From assembly GCA_018241225.1 (NCBI GenBank), contig JAFEEG010000053.1:15576-39575 (forward strand): a stretch of DNA of 24,000 nt. Direction: 5' to 3'. Position 1 is the stretch's first letter. Each line of letters begins with the position of its first letter. The stretch is from Pseudomonadota bacterium (lineage in GTDB: Bacteria > Pseudomonadota > Gammaproteobacteria > Burkholderiales > Burkholderiaceae_C). A model generated the notes under the pieces. That model was not told the origin of the DNA. It did not search any database and saw nothing but the letters and a program-made list of their open reading frames with translations. Shown piece after piece: positions 1 through 7,424 of the stretch. The position numbers were made by a program, and so were the translations under genes.

Positions 1-753
1 GGTGCACTTGCCGCCGGGCAGCAAGACCAGCACCACCTCGCGGCAGGCTTCGACCAGGCCTTCGCCGCGATACTGCAGGGCGGTGTCGAGGTACTCGCGG
101 GCAAAGCGGACGGCCTTGGGGTTGCCCGTCGTGCGCGAGATCTGCAGGTCGGCCGCGGCGCAGACCATGCCGTTGAACTCCTGGTCGAAGCTGGCGCTGC
201 GGCCGAAGAACGCCCGGTGCGCCGCCGCATCGGCCGGTGCGCGGTGCGTGAAGCACACCTGCAGCGGCCGCCACTGCGGGCCGATCAGCTCGCGCAGGAT
301 GCGGAACATCACTGCAATGGCCAGCTCCATCGACTGGCGCGTGGGCAGCTGGTGGCTGGGCACCAGGTCTTCGCGGATGACCACCGTGCTGCCCACGTCC
401 TCGATGCGCATGATCAGCGAGGTGTTGAGCAGCTTCAGGTAGCGGCACAGTGTGTCCAGCGCCTGGCGCGGCGTGGGCTCTTCCTTGAGCACGAGGCTCA
501 GCGCCCCCAGGTCGGAAAAGGTGCGGTGGCCGGCCAGCCGCAGGGCGAAGTCCTCGGTGCGGGTGGCGCGCGAAGTTATTTCGAGCAGCTCGCGCACGGC
601 GTCTGCCGGAATCAGCGTTTCGGGGTTGTCCAGGATCTGCGCGGACAGCCCCACGCGCCCCAGAAACGCATGCGGGTCGCGGCCCAGCGATTCGACCAGC
701 TCGACGTAGCCATTCAGGCTGGCGCTGCGGATCAGGCGTCCCGAGTGCCGCAT
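1..753 (-). CDS. AraC-family transcriptional regulator, N-terminal ligand-binding part only (C-terminal HTH lies beyond the left edge)
   Basis: This ORF is not in the supplied track because it runs off the window, so I translated it myself. ATG is at 753..751 and the frame stays open to base 1 (251 codons): MRHSGRLIRSASLNGYVELVESLGRDPHAFLGRVGLSAQILDNPETLIPADAVRELLEITSRATRTEDFALRLAGH... This matches the N-terminal effector domain typical of OruR/ArgR-like AraC regulators. It starts 17 bp after the TetR stop on the same strand. Confidence 0.6.
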   Translation of the reverse strand, partial: MRHSGRLIRSASLNGYVELVESLGRDPHAFLGRVGLSAQILDNPETLIPADAVRELLEITSRATRTEDFALRLAGHRTFSDLGALSLVLKEEPTPRQALDTLCRYLKLLNTSLIMRIEDVGSTVVIREDLVPSHQLPTRQSMELAIAVMFRILRELIGPQWRPLQVCFTHRAPADAAAHRAFFGRSASFDQEFNGMVCAAADLQISRTTGNPKAVRFAREYLDTALQYRGEGLVEACREVVLVLLPGGKCT

Positions 754-769
754 GGCGCCGTTGCGTGTA

Positions 770-1423
770 TCAGGCGGCGCGGGTGCTGCGGCGCGTCGCC
801 GGCTTGGCGGCGCCCGCAGCGGGCGCCGGCGCCTTGACGTTGTCCACCCCGCCCAGGAACAGGTCGGCCACGATGGGACCCATGGCGTCGTAGTCGAGCG
901 CGCCATCGGGCTTCATCCAGGTGAACATCCAGTTGATCATGCCGAACAGCAGCATGGTCAGCGGCTTGGCCATGTGCTCGGCGGCGTCGCCCTTGCGCGT
1001 TTCGACCAGCGCGCGCGCAAAGCCGGCCACCACCTGGCGCTCCTTGTCGAGTACGCGCTGGCGGTCTTCGTCGCTGAGGAACTTCACGTCGTCGGTCAGC
1101 ACGCGGTGGGCGTCCTGCGCGTGGGCGTATTCCTCGACGATGCGGCGGATCAGGTGGCGCAGCCGCGCCTCGCCCTTGAGCTTGAGCGACTCCTCGTCCT
1201 CGATGATGGCCGTCAGGCGCGAGACGTGGTCGTCGGCAATGCTCAGCAGCAGGCTGTACTTGTCCTTGTAGTAGTGATAGAGCGTGGCCTTCGAGAGCCC
1301 GCACCCCTCGGCCACCTGGTTCATCGAGGTGGCCGAATAGCCGCGCCGCGCAAAGAGCTGGGCGGCTTGCGCGAGGATCATCTCGCGCTGGTCTTCGTAG
1401 CTGGCTGAACGTCCGCGTGCCAT
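770..1423 (-). CDS. TetR/AcrR-family transcriptional regulator; PaaR-like candidate repressor of the paa genes (by context)
   Basis: 217-aa ORF. The N-terminal TetR HTH reads ILAQAAQLFARRGYSATSMNQVAEGCGLSKATLYHYYKDK. An SD-like GAGGAAG lies about 8 nt upstream of the ATG at 1423. It sits directly downstream of paaY and beside the paa operon. Confidence 0.9.
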   Translation of the reverse strand: MARGRSASYEDQREMILAQAAQLFARRGYSATSMNQVAEGCGLSKATLYHYYKDKYSLLLSIADDHVSRLTAIIEDEESLKLKGEARLRHLIRRIVEEYAHAQDAHRVLTDDVKFLSDEDRQRVLDKERQVVAGFARALVETRKGDAAEHMAKPLTMLLFGMINWMFTWMKPDGALDYDAMGPIVADLFLGGVDNVKAPAPAAGAAKPATRRSTRAA

Positions 1424-1481
1424 GCCGGTGCTTCCTCGATGTTCTTCTGGTTTGTATGTGTGTGTCGGGCCAGGCGTGATC

Positions 1482-2087
1482 CTAGCTGCCGCGCTTGGTC
1501 TCGATGAGCGGCTTCACGTCCACGAACTTCACGCGGGGGCGATCGGCCTCGATGGCCGACAGCGGCGCCACCTCGGCCAGCGTGTCCAGGCAGCGGCGCG
1601 TCAGGTCCTGGTAGGTGAGGGTGCCTTCGAGCTTCCACGCGATCTCGGCATCGGTCAGCTCGCGCTTGACCTTGGCGGGCATGCCGGCGGCCAGGCTCCT
1701 GGGCGGCACTTTCATGCCGGCCGGCACGAAGGCGCAGGCGGCCACGATGGAGAAGGCGCCGATCTCGGCCTTGTCCATCACCACCGCGTTCATGCCCACC
1801 AGCGCGTCGCGCCGCACCACGCAGCTGTGCAGCACGGCGCCGTGGCCGATGTGGCCGTGTTCTTCCACCACCGTGTCCTGGTCCGGAAAGCCATGGATGA
1901 CGCAGGTGTCTTGGACATTCGCGCCCTTGTGCAGCACGATGCGACCGAAGTCGCCGCGCAGGCTGGCACAGGGGCCCACGTAGCAGTCGGGCCCCACGAT
2001 GACGTCGCCGATCAGCACGGCCGTGGGATGAACGTGGGCGCTCGGGTCAATGACCGGAATCACGCCTTCGATGGAGTAGCAGGGCAT
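1482..2087 (-). CDS. paaY: Phenylacetic acid degradation protein PaaY (hexapeptide-repeat / gamma-carbonic-anhydrase-like acyl-CoA thioesterase)
   Basis: The ORF 1482..2171 contains [60 protein letters not shown]..., a left-handed beta-helix hexapeptide pattern typical of PaaY. I chose the internal ATG at 2087 because AGGAGA lies 6 nt upstream of it. The 28 codons before it are Arg/Pro-rich and look non-coding. Confidence 0.9.
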   Translation of the reverse strand: MPCYSIEGVIPVIDPSAHVHPTAVLIGDVIVGPDCYVGPCASLRGDFGRIVLHKGANVQDTCVIHGFPDQDTVVEEHGHIGHGAVLHSCVVRRDALVGMNAVVMDKAEIGAFSIVAACAFVPAGMKVPPRSLAAGMPAKVKRELTDAEIAWKLEGTLTYQDLTRRCLDTLAEVAPLSAIEADRPRVKFVDVKPLIETKRGS

Positions 2088-2175
2088 CGGAATGTCTCCT
2101 TGTCTTGTGATCGAACTTCGGCAATCCGGGCCACGATTTTGCGGCGGCCTAGGGTTTGCCCTGAAGCCCAAAGTC

Positions 2176-2205
2176 TTGAAGTTTGAACCTGCCCCATCCT
2201 AAAAT
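2176..2205 (+). promoter_or_regulatory. Candidate sigma70-type promoter for the rightward paa operon
   Basis: TTGAAG (2176..2181), an 18-bp spacer, then TAAAAT (2200..2205). The predicted start near 2212 falls inside the palindrome at 2208..2221. This is pattern matching only. Confidence 0.35.
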
Positions 2206-2224
2206 CTACCGAACGGTCGGTCAA
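2196..2224 (-). promoter_or_regulatory. Candidate sigma70-type promoter for the leftward paaY-tetR-araC unit
   Basis: On the minus strand: TTGACC (2224..2219), a 17-bp spacer, then TAGGAT (2201..2196). Its -10 overlaps the -10 of the rightward candidate, and the palindrome occupies its spacer and -35. This is pattern matching only. Confidence 0.3.
2208..2221. promoter_or_regulatory. Candidate PaaR (TetR-type) operator: palindrome ACCGAACGGTCGGT
   Basis: The arms ACCGA/TCGGT are a perfect inverted repeat around ACGG, so the site fits ACCG-NN-CG-NN-CGGT. It lies in the 195-bp divergent paaY/paaG intergenic region and overlaps both candidate promoters. Confidence 0.45.
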
Positions 2225-2282
2225 TAGTGTTTGATCTGGCTCAAGGCCCTTGCACAAACCCCGCCACAAGGAAACCCACACG

Positions 2283-3068
2283 ATGACAACCGAGCACCTG
2301 GTCCTGGTGACCGATGCGGGCGCCACCCGCACCATCACGCTCAACCGCCCGGCGGCGATGAACAGCTTCACCACCGCCATGCATGGCGAGCTGCTGGCGG
2401 CGCTGGACAACACGGCCGGCAGCACCGAGGTGCGCTGCCTGGTCATCGCCGGTGCCGGCCGCGGCTTTTGCGCGGGCCAGGACCTGGGCGACCCGCAGGC
2501 CGCGCCGGGCAAGGACCTGGGCGCACTCATCGAGGCGCACTACCTGCCGCTGGTGGAGCGCATCCGCTCCATGCCCGTGCCGGTGATCGCCGCCGTCAAC
2601 GGTGTGGCCGCAGGCGCTGGCGCCAACCTCGCGCTGTGCTGCGACGTGGTGGTGGCTGGGCGCTCGGCCAGCTTCATCCAGGCTTTCTCCAAGATCGGCC
2701 TGGTGCCCGACACCGGTGGCACCTGGCTGCTGCCGCGCCTGGTGGGCCATGCCCGCGCCCTGGCCATTGCCATGACGGGCGACAAGATTCCCGCCGAGCA
2801 GGCAGCCGCCATGGGAATGATCTGGCAGTGCGTGGACGACGCGCAGCTGGCCGAATCGGTGGGCGCGCTGGCCAATCGCCTGGCCGCCATGCCCACGAAG
2901 GCGCTGGCCGTGACGCGCAAGGCACTGGCCGACGCGCAGCACATGGATCTGCGCGCCGCACTGCAGATGGAAGCGCAGCTGCAGACCGAGCTCGGCGGCG
3001 CGCACGACTACCTCGAGGGCGTGGACGCTTTCCGCAACAAGCGCGCGCCCAACTTCACCGACCGCTGA
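2283..3068 (+). CDS. paaG: 2-(1,2-epoxy-1,2-dihydrophenyl)acetyl-CoA isomerase PaaG (crotonase fold)
   Basis: Sequence includes MTTEHLVLVTDAGATRTITLNRPAAMNSF...RCLVIAGAGRGFCAGQDL...AAVNGVAAGAGANLAL...GGTWLLPRLVG. As I recall it, this aligns block for block with E. coli PaaG. I chose the ATG at 2283 (AAGGAAA 8 nt upstream) rather than the track start at 2250. Confidence 0.9.
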   Translation: MTTEHLVLVTDAGATRTITLNRPAAMNSFTTAMHGELLAALDNTAGSTEVRCLVIAGAGRGFCAGQDLGDPQAAPGKDLGALIEAHYLPLVERIRSMPVPVIAAVNGVAAGAGANLALCCDVVVAGRSASFIQAFSKIGLVPDTGGTWLLPRLVGHARALAIAMTGDKIPAEQAAAMGMIWQCVDDAQLAESVGALANRLAAMPTKALAVTRKALADAQHMDLRAALQMEAQLQTELGGAHDYLEGVDAFRNKRAPNFTDR

Positions 3069-3088
3069 TTTCCCGCACCCATTCATCC

Positions 3089-3532
3089 ATGAGCGAACTC
3101 ACGCCCCAACAAGTTGCCGAGCGCGTGCGCGACGGCATGCTCCAGAACGACCGCGCCACCTGTGCCATGGGCATGGAAGTAACCGCCATCGCCCCCGGCA
3201 CCGCCACGCTGACCATGCGCGTGCGCGAAGACATGCTCAACGGCCACGACACCTGCCATGGCGGCCTCATCACCACCCTGGCCGATTCGGCCTTTGCCTT
3301 TGCCTGCAACTCGCATGGCGAGCTGACGGTGGCGGCCTCCATCGCCGTGGACTTTCTTGCGCCGGGCCGCAAGGACGACATGCTCACCGCGCGCGCCTTC
3401 GAGGTCTCCAAAGCCGGCCGCACCGGCGTGTACGACTGCGAAGTGATCAACCAGCGCGGCGAGCGCATTGCGGTGTTCCGCGGTCGCTCGCACACCATGA
3501 AGGGCAAGCCCGCCGCCGGCAACCTTGCCTGA
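3089..3532 (+). CDS. paaI: Hydroxyphenylacetyl-CoA thioesterase PaaI (hotdog fold)
   Basis: These are the last 147 codons of track ORF 2231..3532: MSELTPQQVAERVRDGMLQNDRATCAMGMEVTAIAPGTATLTMRVREDMLNGHDTCHGGLITTLADSAFAFACNS...GVYDCEVINQRGERIAVFRGRSH. This is the characteristic PaaI pattern. The start is 20 bp after the paaG stop. Confidence 0.9.
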   Translation: MSELTPQQVAERVRDGMLQNDRATCAMGMEVTAIAPGTATLTMRVREDMLNGHDTCHGGLITTLADSAFAFACNSHGELTVAASIAVDFLAPGRKDDMLTARAFEVSKAGRTGVYDCEVINQRGERIAVFRGRSHTMKGKPAAGNLA

Positions 3533-3553
3533 ACAGGACGGAGACAAGACACC

Positions 3554-4870
3554 ATGACCGTGAAGACCCCCGCACCCGGCGACCTGGACCCCATCGAAAA
3601 GGCCAGCCGCGACGAGATCGCCGCACTGCAACTGCAGCGCCTGAAGGCCACGCTGAAGAACGCCTACGACAACGTGCCGCACTACCGCAAGGCCTTCGAT
3701 GCCAAGGGCGTGCGCCCGGAAGACCTGAAGCAGCTGTCGGACCTGGCGAAGTTCCCGTTCACCGTGAAGTCGGACCTGCGCGACAACTACCCCTTCGGCC
3801 TGTTCGCCGTGCCGCGCGAGAAGGTCGCGCGCATCCACGCATCCAGCGGCACCACGGGCAAGCCCACGGTGGTGGGCTACACCAAGGGCGACATCGACAA
3901 CTGGGCCGACTTGGTGGCGCGCTCCATCCGCGCAGCGGGCGGCCGCCCGGGCGACATGGTGCACGTGGCCTACGGCTACGGCCTGTTCACCGGCGGCCTG
4001 GGCGCGCACTACGGTGCCGAGCGCGCCGGCTGCACGGTCATCCCCATGTCGGGTGGGCAGACCGAGAAGCAGGTGCAGCTCATCACCGACTTCAAGCCCA
4101 ACATCATCATGGTCACGCCCAGCTACATGCAGGTGCTGATCGAGGAATTCGCCCGCCAGGGCCTGGATGCAGCCGCCAGCTCGCTCAAGGTCGGCATCTT
4201 CGGCGCCGAGCCGTGGACCGAGGCCATGCGCCGCGACATCGAGCACAAGGCCGGCATCGACGCGGTGGACATCTACGGCCTGTCGGAAGTGATGGGCCCG
4301 GGCGTGGCCAGCGAATGCATCGAGAGCAAGGACGGCCCGGTGATCTGGGAAGACCACTTCTATCCCGAAGTGATCAATCCCGAGACCGGCGAGCCGGTGG
4401 CCGACGGGGAAGAGGGCGAGCTCGTCTTCACCTCGCTGACGAAGGAGGCGCTGCCGATCATCCGCTACCGCACCCGCGACCTCACGCGCCTGATGCCACC
4501 CACCTCGCGCTCGTTCCGCCGCATGGGCAAGATCGTCGGCCGCAGCGACGACATGATGATCATCCGCGGCGTCAACGTGTTTCCCACGCAGGTGGAAGAG
4601 ATCGTGCTGGCGCACCAGAAGCTCACCGGCGTGTATCAGTTGCACATCAGCCGCGAAGGCCTGCTCGACACCGTCGAAGTGCATTGCGAGCTGCAGCCCG
4701 AGCTGCGCGGCATGGCCGAGGGCGAGCGCGGCGAGATCGCCAAGTGGGTGCAGCACCGCATCAAGACCCTGGTGGGCATTTCCACCGCGGTGCGCGTGTT
4801 CGACCCCGACGGCATCGAACGCACGCAGACCGGCAAGGCCCGCCGCGTGTTCGACAACCGGCCGCGCTGA
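3554..4870 (+). CDS. paaK: Phenylacetate-CoA ligase PaaK
   Basis: 438 aa. Contains LDPIEKASRDEIAALQLQRLKATLKNAYDNVPHYRKAFD, the AMP-binding motif SSGTTGKPTVVGYT, and GAEPWTEAMRRDIE. Length and motifs are typical of PaaK. Confidence 0.95.
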   Translation: MTVKTPAPGDLDPIEKASRDEIAALQLQRLKATLKNAYDNVPHYRKAFDAKGVRPEDLKQLSDLAKFPFTVKSDLRDNYPFGLFAVPREKVARIHASSGTTGKPTVVGYTKGDIDNWADLVARSIRAAGGRPGDMVHVAYGYGLFTGGLGAHYGAERAGCTVIPMSGGQTEKQVQLITDFKPNIIMVTPSYMQVLIEEFARQGLDAAASSLKVGIFGAEPWTEAMRRDIEHKAGIDAVDIYGLSEVMGPGVASECIESKDGPVIWEDHFYPEVINPETGEPVADGEEGELVFTSLTKEALPIIRYRTRDLTRLMPPTSRSFRRMGKIVGRSDDMMIIRGVNVFPTQVEEIVLAHQKLTGVYQLHISREGLLDTVEVHCELQPELRGMAEGERGEIAKWVQHRIKTLVGISTAVRVFDPDGIERTQTGKARRVFDNRPR

Positions 4871-4906
4871 ACGCCTGTTTGCCAGACCTACCCACCTTCG
4901 TCGACC

Positions 4907-7375
4907 ATGACTTTCACGCTTCGCCAAATCGCCCTGGCCAGTGCCACCGCCTTCGTGCTGGCCGGTTGCGCCACCGCACCCTCCAACGCACCGCAGGAGG
5001 ACGCTTCGGCCTCGGCCACCCACGGCCAGGTCACCATCAAGCGCGACGAGTACGGCGTGCCGCATGTGTACGCCAACGATGTGCGCGGCCTGTTCCATGG
5101 CTTTGGCTACGCGGTCGCGGAAGACCGCCTGTTCCAGATGGAGATGGCCCGCCGCGCCGTGCTGGGCACCGTGTCCGAAGTGATGGGGCCGACTTATGTC
5201 GCGCTCGACAAGGGCAGCCGCGCGAGCTTCTCGCCCGAGTCCATCCGCTCGCAGATGGCCAAGCTGTCGGCTGACGACAAGGCCATCTTCGACGGCTACG
5301 CCGCCGGCTTCAACGCCCGCGTGAAGGAAGTGCTGGCCGCGCGCGGCACGCTGCTGCCCAAGCAGTTCACCGACGCCGGCTTCGAGCCCAAGGCCGACTG
5401 GACCGGCTACGACGTGGCGATGATCTGGGTGGGCACCATGGCCAACCGCTACTCCAACGTGAGCAGCGAGCTGGCCAACCTGCGCCTGCTGGATCAACTG
5501 CGCAAGGCCAAGGGCGACGTGCAGGGCCGCCAGCTCTTCGACCAGATCCGCTGGGTGGAAGACCCGCTGGCGCCCACCACCGTGCCGCGCGCCGCCGGCG
5601 GTGCCAGGCAGGCCGCCATCGCGAGCGAGCAGGTGGCAAGGCTCGCGCCGGTGTCGCCCGAGCTGCTGGCAGCGCGCGACGATGTCGACGCTGCGCACCG
5701 CGGCGTGGCCGAGCCGTGGCAGCGCCCCATTGCCAGCAACCTCTGGATCGCCGGCCCGAAGAAGACCACCGACGGCAGCACCGTGTTCATCAACGGCCCG
5801 CAGTTCAACTGGTTCAACCCCTCGTACGTATTCGGCATCGGCCTGCACGGCGCGGGCTTCGAGGTCACGGGCAACACGCCCTTTGCGCATCCGGTGGTGC
5901 TGTTCGGCACCAACGGCAAGATCGCCTGGGGCGCCACCGCCGGCCCGCTGGACGTGAACGACATGTACCAGGAGAAGCTGAACCCGGCCAACCCGCACGA
6001 GTACCAGTTCAACGGCGCGATGCGCGCCATGGGCAAGCGCACCGAGATCATCAAGGTCAAGGGCGGCGCCGACCAGAGCCTGGATGTCTACTCGACCGTG
6101 CACGGCACCGTCACCAACTTCGACATTCCCAACGGCAGCGCCTATTCGATGAAGCGCAGCTGGGACGGCTACGAGCTGGAGTCGCTGCTGGGCTGGATCC
6201 ATTCGATGCAGGCGCAGAACTGGCAGCAGTGGCTGGCCCAGGCCTCGCGCGTGGCCATCACCATCAACTGGTACTACGCCGACACCGAGGGCAACATCGG
6301 CTATGTGTCGCCCGGCCGCCTGCCGATCCGTCCCGCCAGCCAGGACATCCGCCTGCCGGCATTGGGTGACGGTTCGATGGAGTGGCAGGGCATTCGCCCC
6401 TTCAGCCAGGACCCGCAGGTGCTCAACCCGGCGCAGGGCTACGTGGTCAACTGGAACAACCAGTCGGCACCCGGCGCAGTGAGCGACGGCGGCAACTACT
6501 CGGTGGTCGACCGCGTGAACGAATTCAGCGCCCGGCTCGATGCCAAGGCGCGCCTGACGCCCGACGAGTTGTGGGCGCTGAACCGCAGCACCGCCTACGC
6601 CGACACCAATGCCCGCTATCTGCTGCCCTACGTGGCCCAGGCCACGCGCGGCCTGCCGGCCACCGACCCGGCCAAGCGTGCGGCGCAACTGCTGGCGGGC
6701 TGGAACATGCTCAACGAAGACCCGGCCGAGCGCGGCAGCTACGACAGCCCGGCCACCACCCTGATGCGCACCTGGCTGCCCATCCTCTTCAAGGCGGTGC
6801 TGGCCGACGACCTGCCGGCCGAGGTGTTCGTCGCCTATGCCGACGGCGGGTATGCCGGCCCGAACCAGGTGGCCAGCATCCGGCCGGGCAATGGCCTGAA
6901 GCTGGTCTACAACGCGCTGCTGGGCGCCAAGGCGGGCGTGCCGCAGACCTACGACTTCTTCAATGGGCAGGACAAGAACGCGGTGCTGCGCAGCACCCTG
7001 GCCGAGGCCATGGGCGTGCTGCAGCAGCGCTGGGGCACCGACACCGCCAAGTGGCGCACGCCGGTGACGCCGCACGTGTTTCTCACCAAGAACTTCATCG
7101 GTGCGCCGCAGGCCAATGCCGATGAACTGCTCTCGCTGCCGAGCTTCATGAACCGAGGCTCGCAGAACGACAAGGTGGTGCTCGGTGCCAAGGGCGTGAG
7201 CCTGTGCACCGCGGCCCCGCCCGGGCAGAGCGGCTTCGTCGCGCCGGATGGCAAGAAGTCGCCGCACTATGCCGACCAGATGACGCTGTTCAAGGACTTC
7301 GGCTGCAAGAGCGAAGCCTTGACGGCCGCCGAGGTCGACCGCCGCGCCAAGTCGACCCAGGTGCTCAGCTACTGA
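4907..7375 (+). CDS. Penicillin G acylase-type Ntn hydrolase (peptidase S45 family), predicted lipoprotein precursor
   Basis: 822 aa. The signal peptide ends in the lipobox LAGC (Cys21). Alpha-subunit blocks: [41 protein letters not shown]. The predicted beta-subunit N-terminal nucleophile is Ser277 in [11 protein letters not shown]...[10 protein letters not shown]. Further blocks: [55 protein letters not shown]. As I recall E. coli PGA, these are collinear with it. Confidence 0.9.
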   Translation: MTFTLRQIALASATAFVLAGCATAPSNAPQEDASASATHGQVTIKRDEYGVPHVYANDVRGLFHGFGYAVAEDRLFQMEMARRAVLGTVSEVMGPTYVALDKGSRASFSPESIRSQMAKLSADDKAIFDGYAAGFNARVKEVLAARGTLLPKQFTDAGFEPKADWTGYDVAMIWVGTMANRYSNVSSELANLRLLDQLRKAKGDVQGRQLFDQIRWVEDPLAPTTVPRAAGGARQAAIASEQVARLAPVSPELLAARDDVDAAHRGVAEPWQRPIASNLWIAGPKKTTDGSTVFINGPQFNWFNPSYVFGIGLHGAGFEVTGNTPFAHPVVLFGTNGKIAWGATAGPLDVNDMYQEKLNPANPHEYQFNGAMRAMGKRTEIIKVKGGADQSLDVYSTVHGTVTNFDIPNGSAYSMKRSWDGYELESLLGWIHSMQAQNWQQWLAQASRVAITINWYYADTEGNIGYVSPGRLPIRPASQDIRLPALGDGSMEWQGIRPFSQDPQVLNPAQGYVVNWNNQSAPGAVSDGGNYSVVDRVNEFSARLDAKARLTPDELWALNRSTAYADTNARYLLPYVAQATRGLPATDPAKRAAQLLAGWNMLNEDPAERGSYDSPATTLMRTWLPILFKAVLADDLPAEVFVAYADGGYAGPNQVASIRPGNGLKLVYNALLGAKAGVPQTYDFFNGQDKNAVLRSTLAEAMGVLQQRWGTDTAKWRTPVTPHVFLTKNFIGAPQANADELLSLPSFMNRGSQNDKVVLGAKGVSLCTAAPPGQSGFVAPDGKKSPHYADQMTLFKDFGCKSEALTAAEVDRRAKSTQVLSY

Positions 7376-7424
7376 GCCCACGCCAAGCAACACGACGCAC
7401 ACACACATTTTCAGGAGGTCCGCC

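Noticed and set aside
2250-2282. Extended N-termini offered by the track for paaG (2250), paaY (2171) and the porin (23054)
   Set aside because: Internal ATGs at 2283, 2087 and 22946 are preceded by SD-like sequences and give N-termini matching the families (PaaG MTTEH..., PaaY MPCYSIEG..., porin signal peptide MNQLFSL...). The extensions are Arg/Pro/Cys-rich and overlap promoter regions.
2231-3532. A 433-aa plus-strand ORF apparently spanning paaG and paaI
   Set aside because: Only its last 147 codons (from the ATG at 3089) are real and encode PaaI. The upstream part is an out-of-frame read-through of paaG with an Arg/Gly/Pro-rich nonsense translation.
4907-7375. The alternative call of an acyl-homoserine-lactone (quorum-quenching) acylase
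   Set aside because: AHL acylases share the S45 fold but are only distantly related to PGA. This protein matches PGA-specific blocks along its whole length, including the aromatic acyl-pocket residues, and it sits in a phenylacetate operon. AHL activity is not excluded, but it is the less supported reading.
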